Shown: positions 21,508 to 30,602 of the stretch, in pieces
How positions within the stretch are numbered: position 1 is the stretch's first letter
Layout of the letters: each line of letters starts with the position of its first letter
Assembly: GCA_038884975.1 (NCBI GenBank)
Contig: JAWAAW010000003.1
Span: 19,502 to 83,501, forward strand
Reading direction: 5' to 3'
DNA length: 64,000 nt
Source of the DNA: Candidatus Woesearchaeota archaeon
GTDB taxonomy: Archaea > Nanobdellota > Nanobdellia > Woesearchaeales > ARS49
Program-made: the position numbers and the translations under genes
The notes under the pieces: generated by a model
The model's database searches: none
What the model was told of the DNA's origin: nothing
What the model saw: the letters and a program-made list of their open reading frames with translations, nothing else

Positions 21508-22442
21508 CCCTTTAAATCGTTTTCACTATTTTCATTACTATGCGCTATCATCTCGCCCAACAAGCCTGTAGAAAACAATTGCATTCCTACTATAACCAAA
21601 AGCAGAGCGAGAAATAAAAGGGGACGCAATATAATAATATGTTTTATTAACGAGAGATAAGCGAGCACAAGCCCAAGTAGTGTTCCGCTTGCAACGCTGA
21701 GAATTCCAACTGTCCCGAAAAAGTGCATTGGGCGATATTGGTATGTTACTAAATAACGTATTGTCAACAGGTCAAGGAATCCTTTAATAAGTCTTGAAAA
21801 TCCAAACTTGCTTTTGCCATATTTTCTTGCCCTGTGGTGTACTGGAATCTCGGTTACCTTGTAGCCTTTCCAGAAAACAAGGGAAGGAATATACCTGTGC
21901 AGTTCGCCGTAGACTTTCAGATTGTGGGTGACTTCTGCGCGGTATGCCTTGAAGCCGCAATTGGAATCATGCACGGGCACCTTTGTTATTGTGCGCACAA
22001 GCCAATTGAATATTTTTGAAGGAATGCGCTTACCAATCGGGTCGCGCCTCACTTTCTTCCAGCCTGAGACCAAGTCATACCCTTCAGTTATTTTGGCAAT
22101 AAACCTTGGGATCTCATTAGGGTCGTCTTGGAGGTCACCGTCCATTGTAAAGATTATGTCGCCTTTTGCTTCCCTGAAACCAAGATTTAGCGCTGCGGAC
22201 TTGCCAAGGTTCCTTCTGAACCTGAAAACACGCAAATGTTTATCATCATGTTCCATGCGTTCAAGAAGCTCTCCTGTGCCGTCCCTGCTTCCATCATCAA
22301 TGAAAATAATCTCATAAGAATGGCTTGCTTTTTGCAGGACACCACTAAGTTCGCGGTATAACAAAGGAATATTCTGGACTTCGTTGTATACTGGAATTAT
22401 GACTGAAATCACAATTGCCACCATAAAAAAATTAACCGACAT
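21483..22442 (-). CDS. GT2 polyprenol-phosphate glycosyltransferase (ArnC-like)
   Basis: PVYNE, DDGSRD, RNLGKSAAL, DGDLQDDP and GELHRY motifs; paralog of 17025..17963. Confidence 0.9.
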   Translation of the reverse strand: MSVNFFMVAIVISVIIPVYNEVQNIPLLYRELSGVLQKASHSYEIIFIDDGSRDGTGELLERMEHDDKHLRVFRFRRNLGKSAALNLGFREAKGDIIFTMDGDLQDDPNEIPRFIAKITEGYDLVSGWKKVRRDPIGKRIPSKIFNWLVRTITKVPVHDSNCGFKAYRAEVTHNLKVYGELHRYIPSLVFWKGYKVTEIPVHHRARKYGKSKFGFSRLIKGFLDLLTIRYLVTYQYRPMHFFGTVGILSVASGTLLGLVLAYLSLIKHIIILRPLLFLALLLVIVGMQLFSTGLLGEMIAHSNENSENDLKGCLIPSRK

Positions 22443-22466
22443 TAGTTTATAAAGGTTGTGCAGTAA

Positions 22467-24059
22467 CTAGTTGCATTCCTGTTTCCACGAGAGCATCTCC
22501 TGCTTGAAAAACAAGTCGTCACTCTTCATAATGTCGTAAGGGGTTATGTTTCCATTTGGATTTCCCTTATAAATATTTAGTATTGGAACACCGTCTGCAA
22601 ATACTGTATAAATCGGCTGGGTGGGAAAAGCATTTAATGTCAATACGTAATTGCCCCCCTCCCCTGTAACGACGTTTAGATCTTTTCTTACATAGTAAAT
22701 TGCGAGGTGTGGGGCTTCAACAACATTTACTGTTGCATTTTTCTCCGCATTTTTGTTTAGCCATTCGATGCCTGCCTTTATAGGCTCTCCCCAATAGCTA
22801 ACCCTGAATTTACCCACAGCACCCTGTGTTCCACCAACAAGCGCGTTATGATAACTGCTCTCGTACGGGTGAAGGCGTGCCATTGCGTTTAATGTGGGCC
22901 AGAGCAGCAGGAGCAGGATGATGCCAAATGCAACCTGCGACTTGACCGGAGAAAGCCGGTTTTTCGCAAAACCATGGAATACCCTGAAGCAGAACCATGC
23001 ACCTATGCCTGCAAGGATTGCGAGCGCAGGAACCACTTCAAAGAACTGACGTATACCATCGTAAACCAATCCTGAAAAACTAATCTTGAGCGTGGCAACC
23101 AAAAACCACACAAGCACAAGCGCTGATGCGCGGTTTTTCAATGAGGCAGTGTCCTTGCATGCTATAAAAAACCCGATTGCAGCCATTATGAGCATGATTA
23201 GCGGAGTGACAACCGCAAGATAGCCGAAGGGATAATGCCAGGGCACATTGACTCCTGACTGATAACCTTGGCCAAAGTAAAATACTACAAAGCCAAGAGC
23301 AACAGTTGAGAATGTCTTAAGAATTCCTTGAATGTGCGCAATCGTGCTGTGCCACAGCCATGGCCACGCAATAATCGTTACTGGAATTGCAATCAGAAAG
23401 CTTGCTAACAAGTCCCAGCGCTTGGAAATAACCAGCTTTCCGTTCTTGCGCCATGAATCACGGAATGCAATAACCCACCACAATACAATTGTTATGGGAA
23501 TGAATGCTGCATTGATTTTTGTTGCACCTGCTAAACCAAGCACAATTCCTGCGCCAATTGACCATTTCCAGCTTTTCCGCAGAGTTGCTTCGTAAAACAA
23601 AATGATTGCGATTGTGTAAAGCCCCGCCATTGGGACATCCTTAACATTGAAATGAGCATGGGCAAAGAAATGTGGGTAAATTAAAAGGAACAATGCACTT
23701 GAAATTGCAACAAAAAGATTGTAGTTTCTAAGAGTGAAAAGATAAACCACAAGAACGGCAAGGGCAGCGAGTAATGCTACAGGTATGCGGTGCGCAGTAA
23801 TTGGGTCGGTCCAGCCAAGATTCTTGCTGAAAACTATGTACGAATACGCTCCAAGGATATCTACGAATGGGCCGTAATTTGCCACATTTGAAATGTTTCC
23901 AACCACAAGCGGCTTTCCGCTGAAATAATTTGCGTACGCTATTCCTGAAGTGTACTGTATCGGCTCATCCCACGTGATTCCATAATCAGGAATCTGGACA
24001 ATAAGGAACAAAAAGTAAGCAATGCTGATTACAATACCTAGCAGTGTCTCTTTTTTCAT
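22467..24059 (-). CDS. GT-C glycosyltransferase (ArnT/PMT-type)
   Basis: DYGITWDEP, NVKDVP, PWHYP, YDGIRQF and HPYESSYHNALVGG motifs. Confidence 0.85.
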   Translation of the reverse strand: MKKETLLGIVISIAYFLFLIVQIPDYGITWDEPIQYTSGIAYANYFSGKPLVVGNISNVANYGPFVDILGAYSYIVFSKNLGWTDPITAHRIPVALLAALAVLVVYLFTLRNYNLFVAISSALFLLIYPHFFAHAHFNVKDVPMAGLYTIAIILFYEATLRKSWKWSIGAGIVLGLAGATKINAAFIPITIVLWWVIAFRDSWRKNGKLVISKRWDLLASFLIAIPVTIIAWPWLWHSTIAHIQGILKTFSTVALGFVVFYFGQGYQSGVNVPWHYPFGYLAVVTPLIMLIMAAIGFFIACKDTASLKNRASALVLVWFLVATLKISFSGLVYDGIRQFFEVVPALAILAGIGAWFCFRVFHGFAKNRLSPVKSQVAFGIILLLLLWPTLNAMARLHPYESSYHNALVGGTQGAVGKFRVSYWGEPIKAGIEWLNKNAEKNATVNVVEAPHLAIYYVRKDLNVVTGEGGNYVLTLNAFPTQPIYTVFADGVPILNIYKGNPNGNITPYDIMKSDDLFFKQEMLSWKQECN

Positions 24060-25039
24060 TCTTGCAAGCGGATATATCCTTTGTCTTTATACCAACGCAC
24101 AGTTTCGCGCAAGGCGTCCTCAAGAGGCCGCACATTCAGTCCAAGCTCGCGCCATGCCTTCGAACAATTTACTGCAGAACCGCGCTTCATTGCATGGACC
24201 TGCGGCTTCAATAACGGGAACGGAATTTGAAGCAGCCCTGCAATTGGTGTTATTATTGTGCTTCCCAGATTAATCATCCATTTTGGCACATAAATTATTG
24301 GCTTATGGACATTTGCTACCTTATCAAGAAGTTTGAGGAATTCGCCAAGGCTCACTTCTTGACCGCCAAGGATGTATTTTTCACCAACTTTTCCATATTT
24401 CATTGCCAGAAAAGCGCCTCGTGCAACATCTTTGACATAAATGAGGTTCAGTCTTGTATCTGTGTAGCTTGCCAACCTTATTCTTGGCTGCAAATGCATT
24501 TTGAAGAATCCATTCATTGCATGCGCCCGAGGACCAAAAACAACAGTCGGCAGCACAATGGTGACAGGCAATCCTTTCTTGGCATATTCAAGCGCCACCT
24601 GTTCTCCAAGATATTTTGTGCGTGCATATGGGCCGTCAAAATTTCCACTATGAACTGCAGTTTCATCAACAACCCGTTCATCTTCCTTAATAGTCACTAT
24701 GCTGCTAAAATGGACCACTTTTTTGACATTGTTTTTCAGGGCGGCATTCATCACGTTTCTTGTCCCTTCTACGTTCACTTGGTGAAAGAATTCATTGGTG
24801 TATGTGGGATTGTTCATTGCCGCTGCAAGATGAAAGACAATTTCGCATCCCCGCATTGCCTTCTCAACCGAAGAAGCATCCCGAACATCGCCGCTGATGC
24901 GTGTTACTGGTAGTTTTTTTGCATTTCCGCGGTCATCATTGCTGTAGACAAAGCAAGTAACGTCATATCCCTGCTCGACCAGCAGTTCAGTAATGTGGCT
25001 GCCGATGAATCCATCAGCCCCTGTTACAAATACTTTCAT
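24056..25039 (-). CDS. NAD-dependent epimerase/dehydratase (dihydroflavonol reductase/HpnA-like)
   Basis: TGADGFIGSH, FHLAA, NVEGTRNV, YARTK and GEKYILGG motifs. Confidence 0.85.
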   Translation of the reverse strand: MKVFVTGADGFIGSHITELLVEQGYDVTCFVYSNDDRGNAKKLPVTRISGDVRDASSVEKAMRGCEIVFHLAAAMNNPTYTNEFFHQVNVEGTRNVMNAALKNNVKKVVHFSSIVTIKEDERVVDETAVHSGNFDGPYARTKYLGEQVALEYAKKGLPVTIVLPTVVFGPRAHAMNGFFKMHLQPRIRLASYTDTRLNLIYVKDVARGAFLAMKYGKVGEKYILGGQEVSLGEFLKLLDKVANVHKPIIYVPKWMINLGSTIITPIAGLLQIPFPLLKPQVHAMKRGSAVNCSKAWRELGLNVRPLEDALRETVRWYKDKGYIRLQE

Positions 25040-25072
25040 GTGATTATCTGCCTTTAAGCTCTTTTTATATTT

Positions 25073-27001
25073 TTGCTTTTAAAATTTCTTATAATAGGCA
25101 AATATTTAAACTTCATATTGCTGCACATTGGTATGAAATTTCGTTTGGCGAATGCAATTTTTTTGTCATTAACTCTTCTTCTATTCCTTGTGTTTCTCAG
25201 CAGCTCTTTTGGCCGGCCAGGATATTTATCAATGTTTGGTGCCAAGGGTGAGCTTAGGCTGTGTTCTGAATATCTGCGCGAGGGGATAATCTTTCGGGAT
25301 CAGCCGTACTGTTGCCAAGGCGGCATAATAACCTATGCATTCGTGCTTGTGCTTCGCATGCTTGCCGGAGGAGCATTCTCAAACATTCTTTATTTCTGCG
25401 TTGTACTGCTGCTCAACCTGCACGCACTTTTTCTGCTTCTTAGGATTATCCAGCACGAGACCGGCAAGACCGAGTATTTTCTCACAGGAATTTTTTACTT
25501 GTTGACAATTTACATTTTTGGCGGCAACATCACCACTTTTTTGACAGCATATTTCAGTATAACTGGTTTTTATGTACTTTGGCACTCAAAGCTAAAGTAT
25601 AGAGATATCTTGGGTCCTGTGCTGTATGCGTGCGCCTTGTTTTCTAAGGCGACAGCAATGCCTGTTGTATCATTTCTTGCAGGTCATATGGTGTTCATGG
25701 CATTTCAGCCGCATATTGAATCAAGAAAAATTGTGTTCAAAAAAGACTGGCGCAGCGCAGGCGTTCGCTTGCTCAGCTTTGGAGTGATTCTTGCACTTGT
25801 GTTCCTGCTATTTCCGGGAAGCTGGGTATATGAATTCGGCAACCAAGGCAGCCGCTTGCAGGAAAGCGTGCAAGTACAGTTACAGCAATTGCTTGACAGC
25901 CTTGTCCTTAATTCAGGAACAATGTTCTTTGGGCTTATTTTCTTGCTTTCTGTCATTGCCTTTTTTTTCCTACGCGATGTGTATTCAGCTGCTACAGTAT
26001 TTTCCATTGCTGTGCTCTTCTGGGTGTTGTTCGGCCAACGCGGGCTTGCGACTGACAATGGATTGATGTTTGCAATAAACCGCATAGACTACTATCTAGC
26101 ATCTTATCCTTTCTTTATTGTAGCTATGGCAAAGCTTAAGCACAAGCTCAATAACAAGATGCAATTGAAGTGGGGTGTTGGAATACTTCTTGCGCTGTTC
26201 TTGGCAACTACAATACAGTTTATTTCGGCTGACAGGGATATTCGTCTGATGGAGGAAAGATTCAAGAGTGCACTCTCGCTGATTCCTCCCCAAGAGGATT
26301 ATGTCTTGACTGAAGACCCCCTTGGAGATATTCTTATTGATAAGTATTATGACCCAAAAGCGAAGATTGATGTCATTCCACATTACAATGTGTGGAAAGA
26401 GGGAGTTCTTCCGGATGGCAATTTTTACCGCAAAATGGATGAACTTGGTGTCACTAATTCAAGCGCATGGATGCTTCCGCAGCCACAGCAAGAATGGAAT
26501 GTATTGTTCAGCAAATTGCTAAATGATACGTATTCGATTATTTTTATCAATGTCCCCCAGAAGATAACATTGATGCGAATGATTCAGAATGCGCCTAATG
26601 TTGCTAACTATTGTGTGGTTTTGCTTCCTGACCTGCAGTTCCATACACACGAAGGCGACGTGGCACTTATACTCTTATTCCAAGACAAAAAACGTTGCGA
26701 ACAAATGATGCCAAAAATCAAACAGTATTATGAAGCTTCTTTTGCTGACATTTGCAAAAGAAGCCCTGTAGTAGCAAACAATATTGTGAGGAATGTTCTT
26801 GGACAAGAGGGAATTACGCTTCCAGAATGCAAGGGAACAGCAGACTCTTTGCTGTTCTTTAACCGCAAAAGCGCAAGATTGAGGCTTTCATCAATCCTGT
26901 TGGCTGCACTGCTTACCTGGATTGTCTGGATTGGTAATATCCCAAGAATGCGTTTTTCCTCACCCGGAGAATCTCACAGAACATCCTCCAAGAATCCCTG
27001 A
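25073..27001 (+). CDS. Multi-pass membrane protein, possibly GT-C-like
   Basis: About 11 TM segments, YLREGIIFRD..QGG loop, C-terminal soluble domain plus final TM. Start probably the ATG at 25133. Confidence 0.5.
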   Translation: MLLKFLIIGKYLNFILLHIGMKFRLANAIFLSLTLLLFLVFLSSSFGRPGYLSMFGAKGELRLCSEYLREGIIFRDQPYCCQGGIITYAFVLVLRMLAGGAFSNILYFCVVLLLNLHALFLLLRIIQHETGKTEYFLTGIFYLLTIYIFGGNITTFLTAYFSITGFYVLWHSKLKYRDILGPVLYACALFSKATAMPVVSFLAGHMVFMAFQPHIESRKIVFKKDWRSAGVRLLSFGVILALVFLLFPGSWVYEFGNQGSRLQESVQVQLQQLLDSLVLNSGTMFFGLIFLLSVIAFFFLRDVYSAATVFSIAVLFWVLFGQRGLATDNGLMFAINRIDYYLASYPFFIVAMAKLKHKLNNKMQLKWGVGILLALFLATTIQFISADRDIRLMEERFKSALSLIPPQEDYVLTEDPLGDILIDKYYDPKAKIDVIPHYNVWKEGVLPDGNFYRKMDELGVTNSSAWMLPQPQQEWNVLFSKLLNDTYSIIFINVPQKITLMRMIQNAPNVANYCVVLLPDLQFHTHEGDVALILLFQDKKRCEQMMPKIKQYYEASFADICKRSPVVANNIVRNVLGQEGITLPECKGTADSLLFFNRKSARLRLSSILLAALLTWIVWIGNIPRMRFSSPGESHRTSSKNP

Positions 27002-27656
27002 AAAAGCGAAGCTTGCTTGCAGGGTCATTAGCCCATTCCACAGGAACCTCCTTTATCCTGTATCCACACTGGTAGGCAATGAACAGAATTTCCGCATCAA
27101 ATGCCCAACGCTCAAGGCGCTGCTTCGAGAAAACATCTTTTGCAACTTTTTTGCTGAACAGCTTAAACCCGCACTGTGTATCCTTGATAGGCAACGCGAG
27201 AAGAACGCGGACAACAAACGGAAATGTTTTGCCTGCAAGCTGGCGGAACTTTGGCTGCTTTATTGTAATCTGAGACTGTGCAAGGTTTCTTGAGCCGATT
27301 ATTATGTCATAATCCTTCATGTACTTCAGGAATTTGTCAAATTCGCGCATTGGGGCTGACATGTCTGCATCAGTGAACAGCAGCCAGTCGCCTTTTGCAC
27401 TCAGCATTCCCTGCCTGACCGAGTAGCCTTTGCCGCGGTTTGGGCCGTGTTCAAGCAGCTTTATGCGTCTGTTGTTCTTCATTGCGGCTTTCACAATATT
27501 TTTTGTTCTGTCCCTGCTACCATCATCAACAACAAGAATTTCATAATCCCAATTCTTACGCTTTAGATAATTTTGAACTTGCTTAAGCGCATTGGGAAGG
27601 CGCTTCTCCTCATTGTATGCCGGAATAACCACCGAGATTTTCATTGCTTCCTCCAC
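26913..27656 (-). CDS. Dolichyl-phosphate glycosyltransferase (Alg5/AglJ-like GT2)
   Basis: PAYNEEKRL, DDGSRD, NRGKGYSVRQG, FTDAD, DTQCGFKLF and WAFDAE motifs. Confidence 0.9.
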   Translation of the reverse strand: MEEAMKISVVIPAYNEEKRLPNALKQVQNYLKRKNWDYEILVVDDGSRDRTKNIVKAAMKNNRRIKLLEHGPNRGKGYSVRQGMLSAKGDWLLFTDADMSAPMREFDKFLKYMKDYDIIIGSRNLAQSQITIKQPKFRQLAGKTFPFVVRVLLALPIKDTQCGFKLFSKKVAKDVFSKQRLERWAFDAEILFIAYQCGYRIKEVPVEWANDPASKLRFFRDSWRMFCEILRVRKNAFLGYYQSRQSR

Positions 27657-27967
27657 AGCACAACAAGGCCGATGATTCCCAATGCATAGCCGAGCACAGG
27701 CCTGATTGAAGGAATGCCTATCAGGCTTGGGAAATAAAGTATCAGGGCAACAATGCTTGAGCCAAGGAAGAATCCGATAATTATTTTTTCAAGCTCGTGC
27801 AGGTCAGGCATCAGCAAGTGCACCAACGCAACACCGGGCAGTAGCCAGATTCCAGCCAATGTTAGCGTCAGCCTGAGCGCATCGCCTGCAGAGCGCGTGA
27901 AATACATCATTAGCGCCAGAATCAATATGACCGTTCCGAAAATGTATTTCAAGAGCTTCATATGCAC
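27641..27967 (-). CDS. Small 4-TM membrane protein
   Basis: WLLPG...EKIIIG motif; paralog of 30228..30602; coupled to its neighbours. Confidence 0.7.
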   Translation of the reverse strand: MHMKLLKYIFGTVILILALMMYFTRSAGDALRLTLTLAGIWLLPGVALVHLLMPDLHELEKIIIGFFLGSSIVALILYFPSLIGIPSIRPVLGYALGIIGLVVLWRKQ

Positions 27968-29568
27968 CCCCCCTGATGCGCATTCTTCAGGATAACCATT
28001 TGCGGAGTGTTGTACACGACTGATGCATTCTTGGCAAGCAGGTTTTGCAATATCTGATTGAATACTGCAAGACTTTCCTGCGTTGATGGCCTGAATGCAA
28101 AATAATCAAATGTGCAGATATCACGCGTGTGATCTCCAAGAGCCCCGCGCTTTCTATAATTCAGGAAGCCCTTGCGGTATATGCGTTCATCGGTGTAGCC
28201 GACAATCTGTATGCGCAATGGTGTGTTGTTCTTGTTTGCTATTTGAAGGAGCTGCTCCGCCCCATCCTGCTCCCAGAATGCTGCCTGCGCAGAAACCCTG
28301 TGCGAGGAAGTGCTCTCCAATTGGTTGCAGCCAAAGCAAAGCAGTGTTGCGTTTTCAGGGGTGTTCTGGCGAATCCAGAGAAAGCCTTTGTAAATGTCCT
28401 CTGTATACAATGAGCCGCCCAATCCCTGGACATTACTTGCGGCATATGCCTGTCCAGCAATAACCAATGCGATCATGCAACCAAAAAAGACCTGCTTGCT
28501 TACCGGCACAAAGCGGCGCACAACATTCGCAACACTATATAGACCGATTGCCACAAGTGGATATGCTACTATGAAAAAAATCGGCCTGCCACGTATCGCA
28601 ACATAATACGTCCCAATGCCGAACTTGGCAAGGATGAAGATAATCAGGACATATGCGAAGAAAGCATAATTTAGCAGGCGGTATTCTTTGTTTTTCCAAG
28701 TAACTATCAATGCAATCAGTACAAGCACCCAAAGAACCGGGCTGAGTACGTTTGTAAGGAAGATCTGAGGCTCGTGGCTAGGTGGGCTTAGTTCACCTTT
28801 CTGTATAAATGTGGCGCCCTGATGCCCCTGCAGGTAATTAAAGAATAATGGCGGCAGATATGGAAGGCACATCAGCACAGCTAATGCTCCTGCAACGACA
28901 AGACGCTTCCATCCAACGTTCTTCAACTCAAAGAAAACTAAATATGAACTAACAACCGCTCCTGAAACAATTGCCTCGCTGGCGTGCATGTTAAATTGCG
29001 ACACTAGCGCAAAAACAAGCAACAACGCATTAGGCCATGATGGCTTTTTGATGAGCTCATAAGTGAAGAGGAGTATCATTGGGAAATAAAGGGTTGTAGA
29101 AAATGTTGCATACATCCCAATATTTATTTGATAATGAAAGAATTTCTCCAGTGGGAAAACCAGCAGTCCTGCAGCCAGAAGCCCAAGAATCCTGTTCTGG
29201 AAGACGCGTGAGAACAGCACAAAGAAACACAATGCACTGCCGATTGAAGCAAGCACTGCATTTAAATAAAATACGTCAAAAACTTTTAGTCCTGATGCGC
29301 CAGCAACCATTGCAGCAAGAATCAAGTTTAGTGGAGGTTGAGTGGTAAGAAGGTCTTTCTCGCCAGTAAACCATGGAGGCATAAACTTTACACTGCCAGA
29401 CTCAAGAACATATTCTGCCTCGCTAAGCCTTGAGTTTGGGTCTCCTGCATTTATTGTTACGGGATAATCGTGGACAATTTTTCCTTCATAAGGAGCGTAC
29501 CTTGCAAAAAAACCAATGCAAACTATTGCAATAATCGCAATGATTGTGAATAATTCTTCCCGTTCCAT
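27958..29568 (-). CDS. GT-C-like membrane glycosyltransferase
   Basis: Multi-TM; AGDP, QPPL, HASE, WIRQNTPE and DICTFDY motifs; paralog of 30595..32226. Confidence 0.65.
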   Translation of the reverse strand: MEREELFTIIAIIAIVCIGFFARYAPYEGKIVHDYPVTINAGDPNSRLSEAEYVLESGSVKFMPPWFTGEKDLLTTQPPLNLILAAMVAGASGLKVFDVFYLNAVLASIGSALCFFVLFSRVFQNRILGLLAAGLLVFPLEKFFHYQINIGMYATFSTTLYFPMILLFTYELIKKPSWPNALLLVFALVSQFNMHASEAIVSGAVVSSYLVFFELKNVGWKRLVVAGALAVLMCLPYLPPLFFNYLQGHQGATFIQKGELSPPSHEPQIFLTNVLSPVLWVLVLIALIVTWKNKEYRLLNYAFFAYVLIIFILAKFGIGTYYVAIRGRPIFFIVAYPLVAIGLYSVANVVRRFVPVSKQVFFGCMIALVIAGQAYAASNVQGLGGSLYTEDIYKGFLWIRQNTPENATLLCFGCNQLESTSSHRVSAQAAFWEQDGAEQLLQIANKNNTPLRIQIVGYTDERIYRKGFLNYRKRGALGDHTRDICTFDYFAFRPSTQESLAVFNQILQNLLAKNASVVYNTPQMVILKNAHQGGCI

Positions 29569-29569
29569 C

Positions 29570-30262
29570 TTAATCCTTAAAACGACATTTTATGAGGCAA
29601 TACAATGCCTTTATTCCATCGCGCCAATTAATTTTTTTGCCCTCATTCCACTTTCTTGGGCAATAAACGATTGGAACTTCAATTATTCTAAAGCCTTTCT
29701 TAAGTATTTTTGCTGTTATTTCAGGCTCTATTTCAAACCTGTTTGCCTTTAAGTTCAGTTTTTGTAAGACTTCCTTCGTGAACATCTTGTAGCAAGTTTC
29801 CATATCACTTACCCACTGGCCATAAAGCAGTGTTGTGACAAGTGAAAGAAACCTGTTACCAACATAATGCGTTGGAATTGCAACTGCCTGATAGCTAAAA
29901 GGCCTTCCCTTGAACCTTGAGCCATAAACCACATTTGCTTTGCCCTCAAGAATTGGCTTAAGCAGTTTTGCAAATTCGTTGGGATCATACTCAAGATCAG
30001 CATCCTGTATCGTGATTATGTCACCTGTTGCGTGCTCAAAACCAGTGCGCAATGCAGCACCCTTCCCCCTGTTTCTCGTATGATACAAAATCCTGACACC
30101 TTTCAGCTTTTGCAGGACGTCTCTTGTTCCATCTGTAGAGAAATCATCAACAATAATTATTTCTTTCTCAACAGGCAGTCTTGCGTCCTGCACGCGCTTC
30201 ACGATTTTGCCGACTGTTTTAACTTCGTTATACACCGGAATGATTATTGTCAGTTTTTTCAC
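29570..30262 (-). CDS. GT2 polyprenol-phosphate glycosyltransferase (DPM1-like)
   Basis: PVYNE, DDFSTDGT, NRGKGAALRTG, QDADLEYDP, DMETCYK and FEIEPEIT motifs. Confidence 0.9.
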   Translation of the reverse strand: MKKLTIIIPVYNEVKTVGKIVKRVQDARLPVEKEIIIVDDFSTDGTRDVLQKLKGVRILYHTRNRGKGAALRTGFEHATGDIITIQDADLEYDPNEFAKLLKPILEGKANVVYGSRFKGRPFSYQAVAIPTHYVGNRFLSLVTTLLYGQWVSDMETCYKMFTKEVLQKLNLKANRFEIEPEITAKILKKGFRIIEVPIVYCPRKWNEGKKINWRDGIKALYCLIKCRFKD

Positions 30263-30602
30263 TTTTCCACCACAGTATTATTCCAATAATTATGCTGAAT
30301 AATGGCAATATAAATCCATGCGTTGCCACGTGCCAGCCGAGCAAACCTGCATAATAACTTGCAAGACCAAACACAGCTGCCTGCACTGACACACCGATTA
30401 TAAACCTTTCCACAAACCCTTGCTTGGAACACAATGACAAAGCATAGCCGGGCAGGACAAACATCCAATAAACACTGGCAGTTGTGCGCAGCAGGGTTAC
30501 GACGGCGGTGTTCTGGAATGCAATAATGAATACAATAACCAGCGCAACATACCCAAGTGCAAGCCATTTCAGTTCTTTTATGATTTCTTTTTTGTCAGGC
30601 AA
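30228..30602 (-). CDS. Small multi-TM membrane protein
   Basis: FVLPGY...ERFIIG motif; probable TTG start overlapping the upstream stop; paralog of 27641..27967. Confidence 0.65.
   Translation of the reverse strand: MPDKKEIIKELKWLALGYVALVIVFIIAFQNTAVVTLLRTTASVYWMFVLPGYALSLCSKQGFVERFIIGVSVQAAVFGLASYYAGLLGWHVATHGFILPLFSIIIGIILWWKSEKTDNNHSGV

Noticed and set aside
30228..30270. Second homopolymer frameshift at the end of the small membrane gene
   Set aside because: One extra A would give a tidy GTGA overlap, but a 35-nt overlap is plausible as it stands and there is no other evidence.
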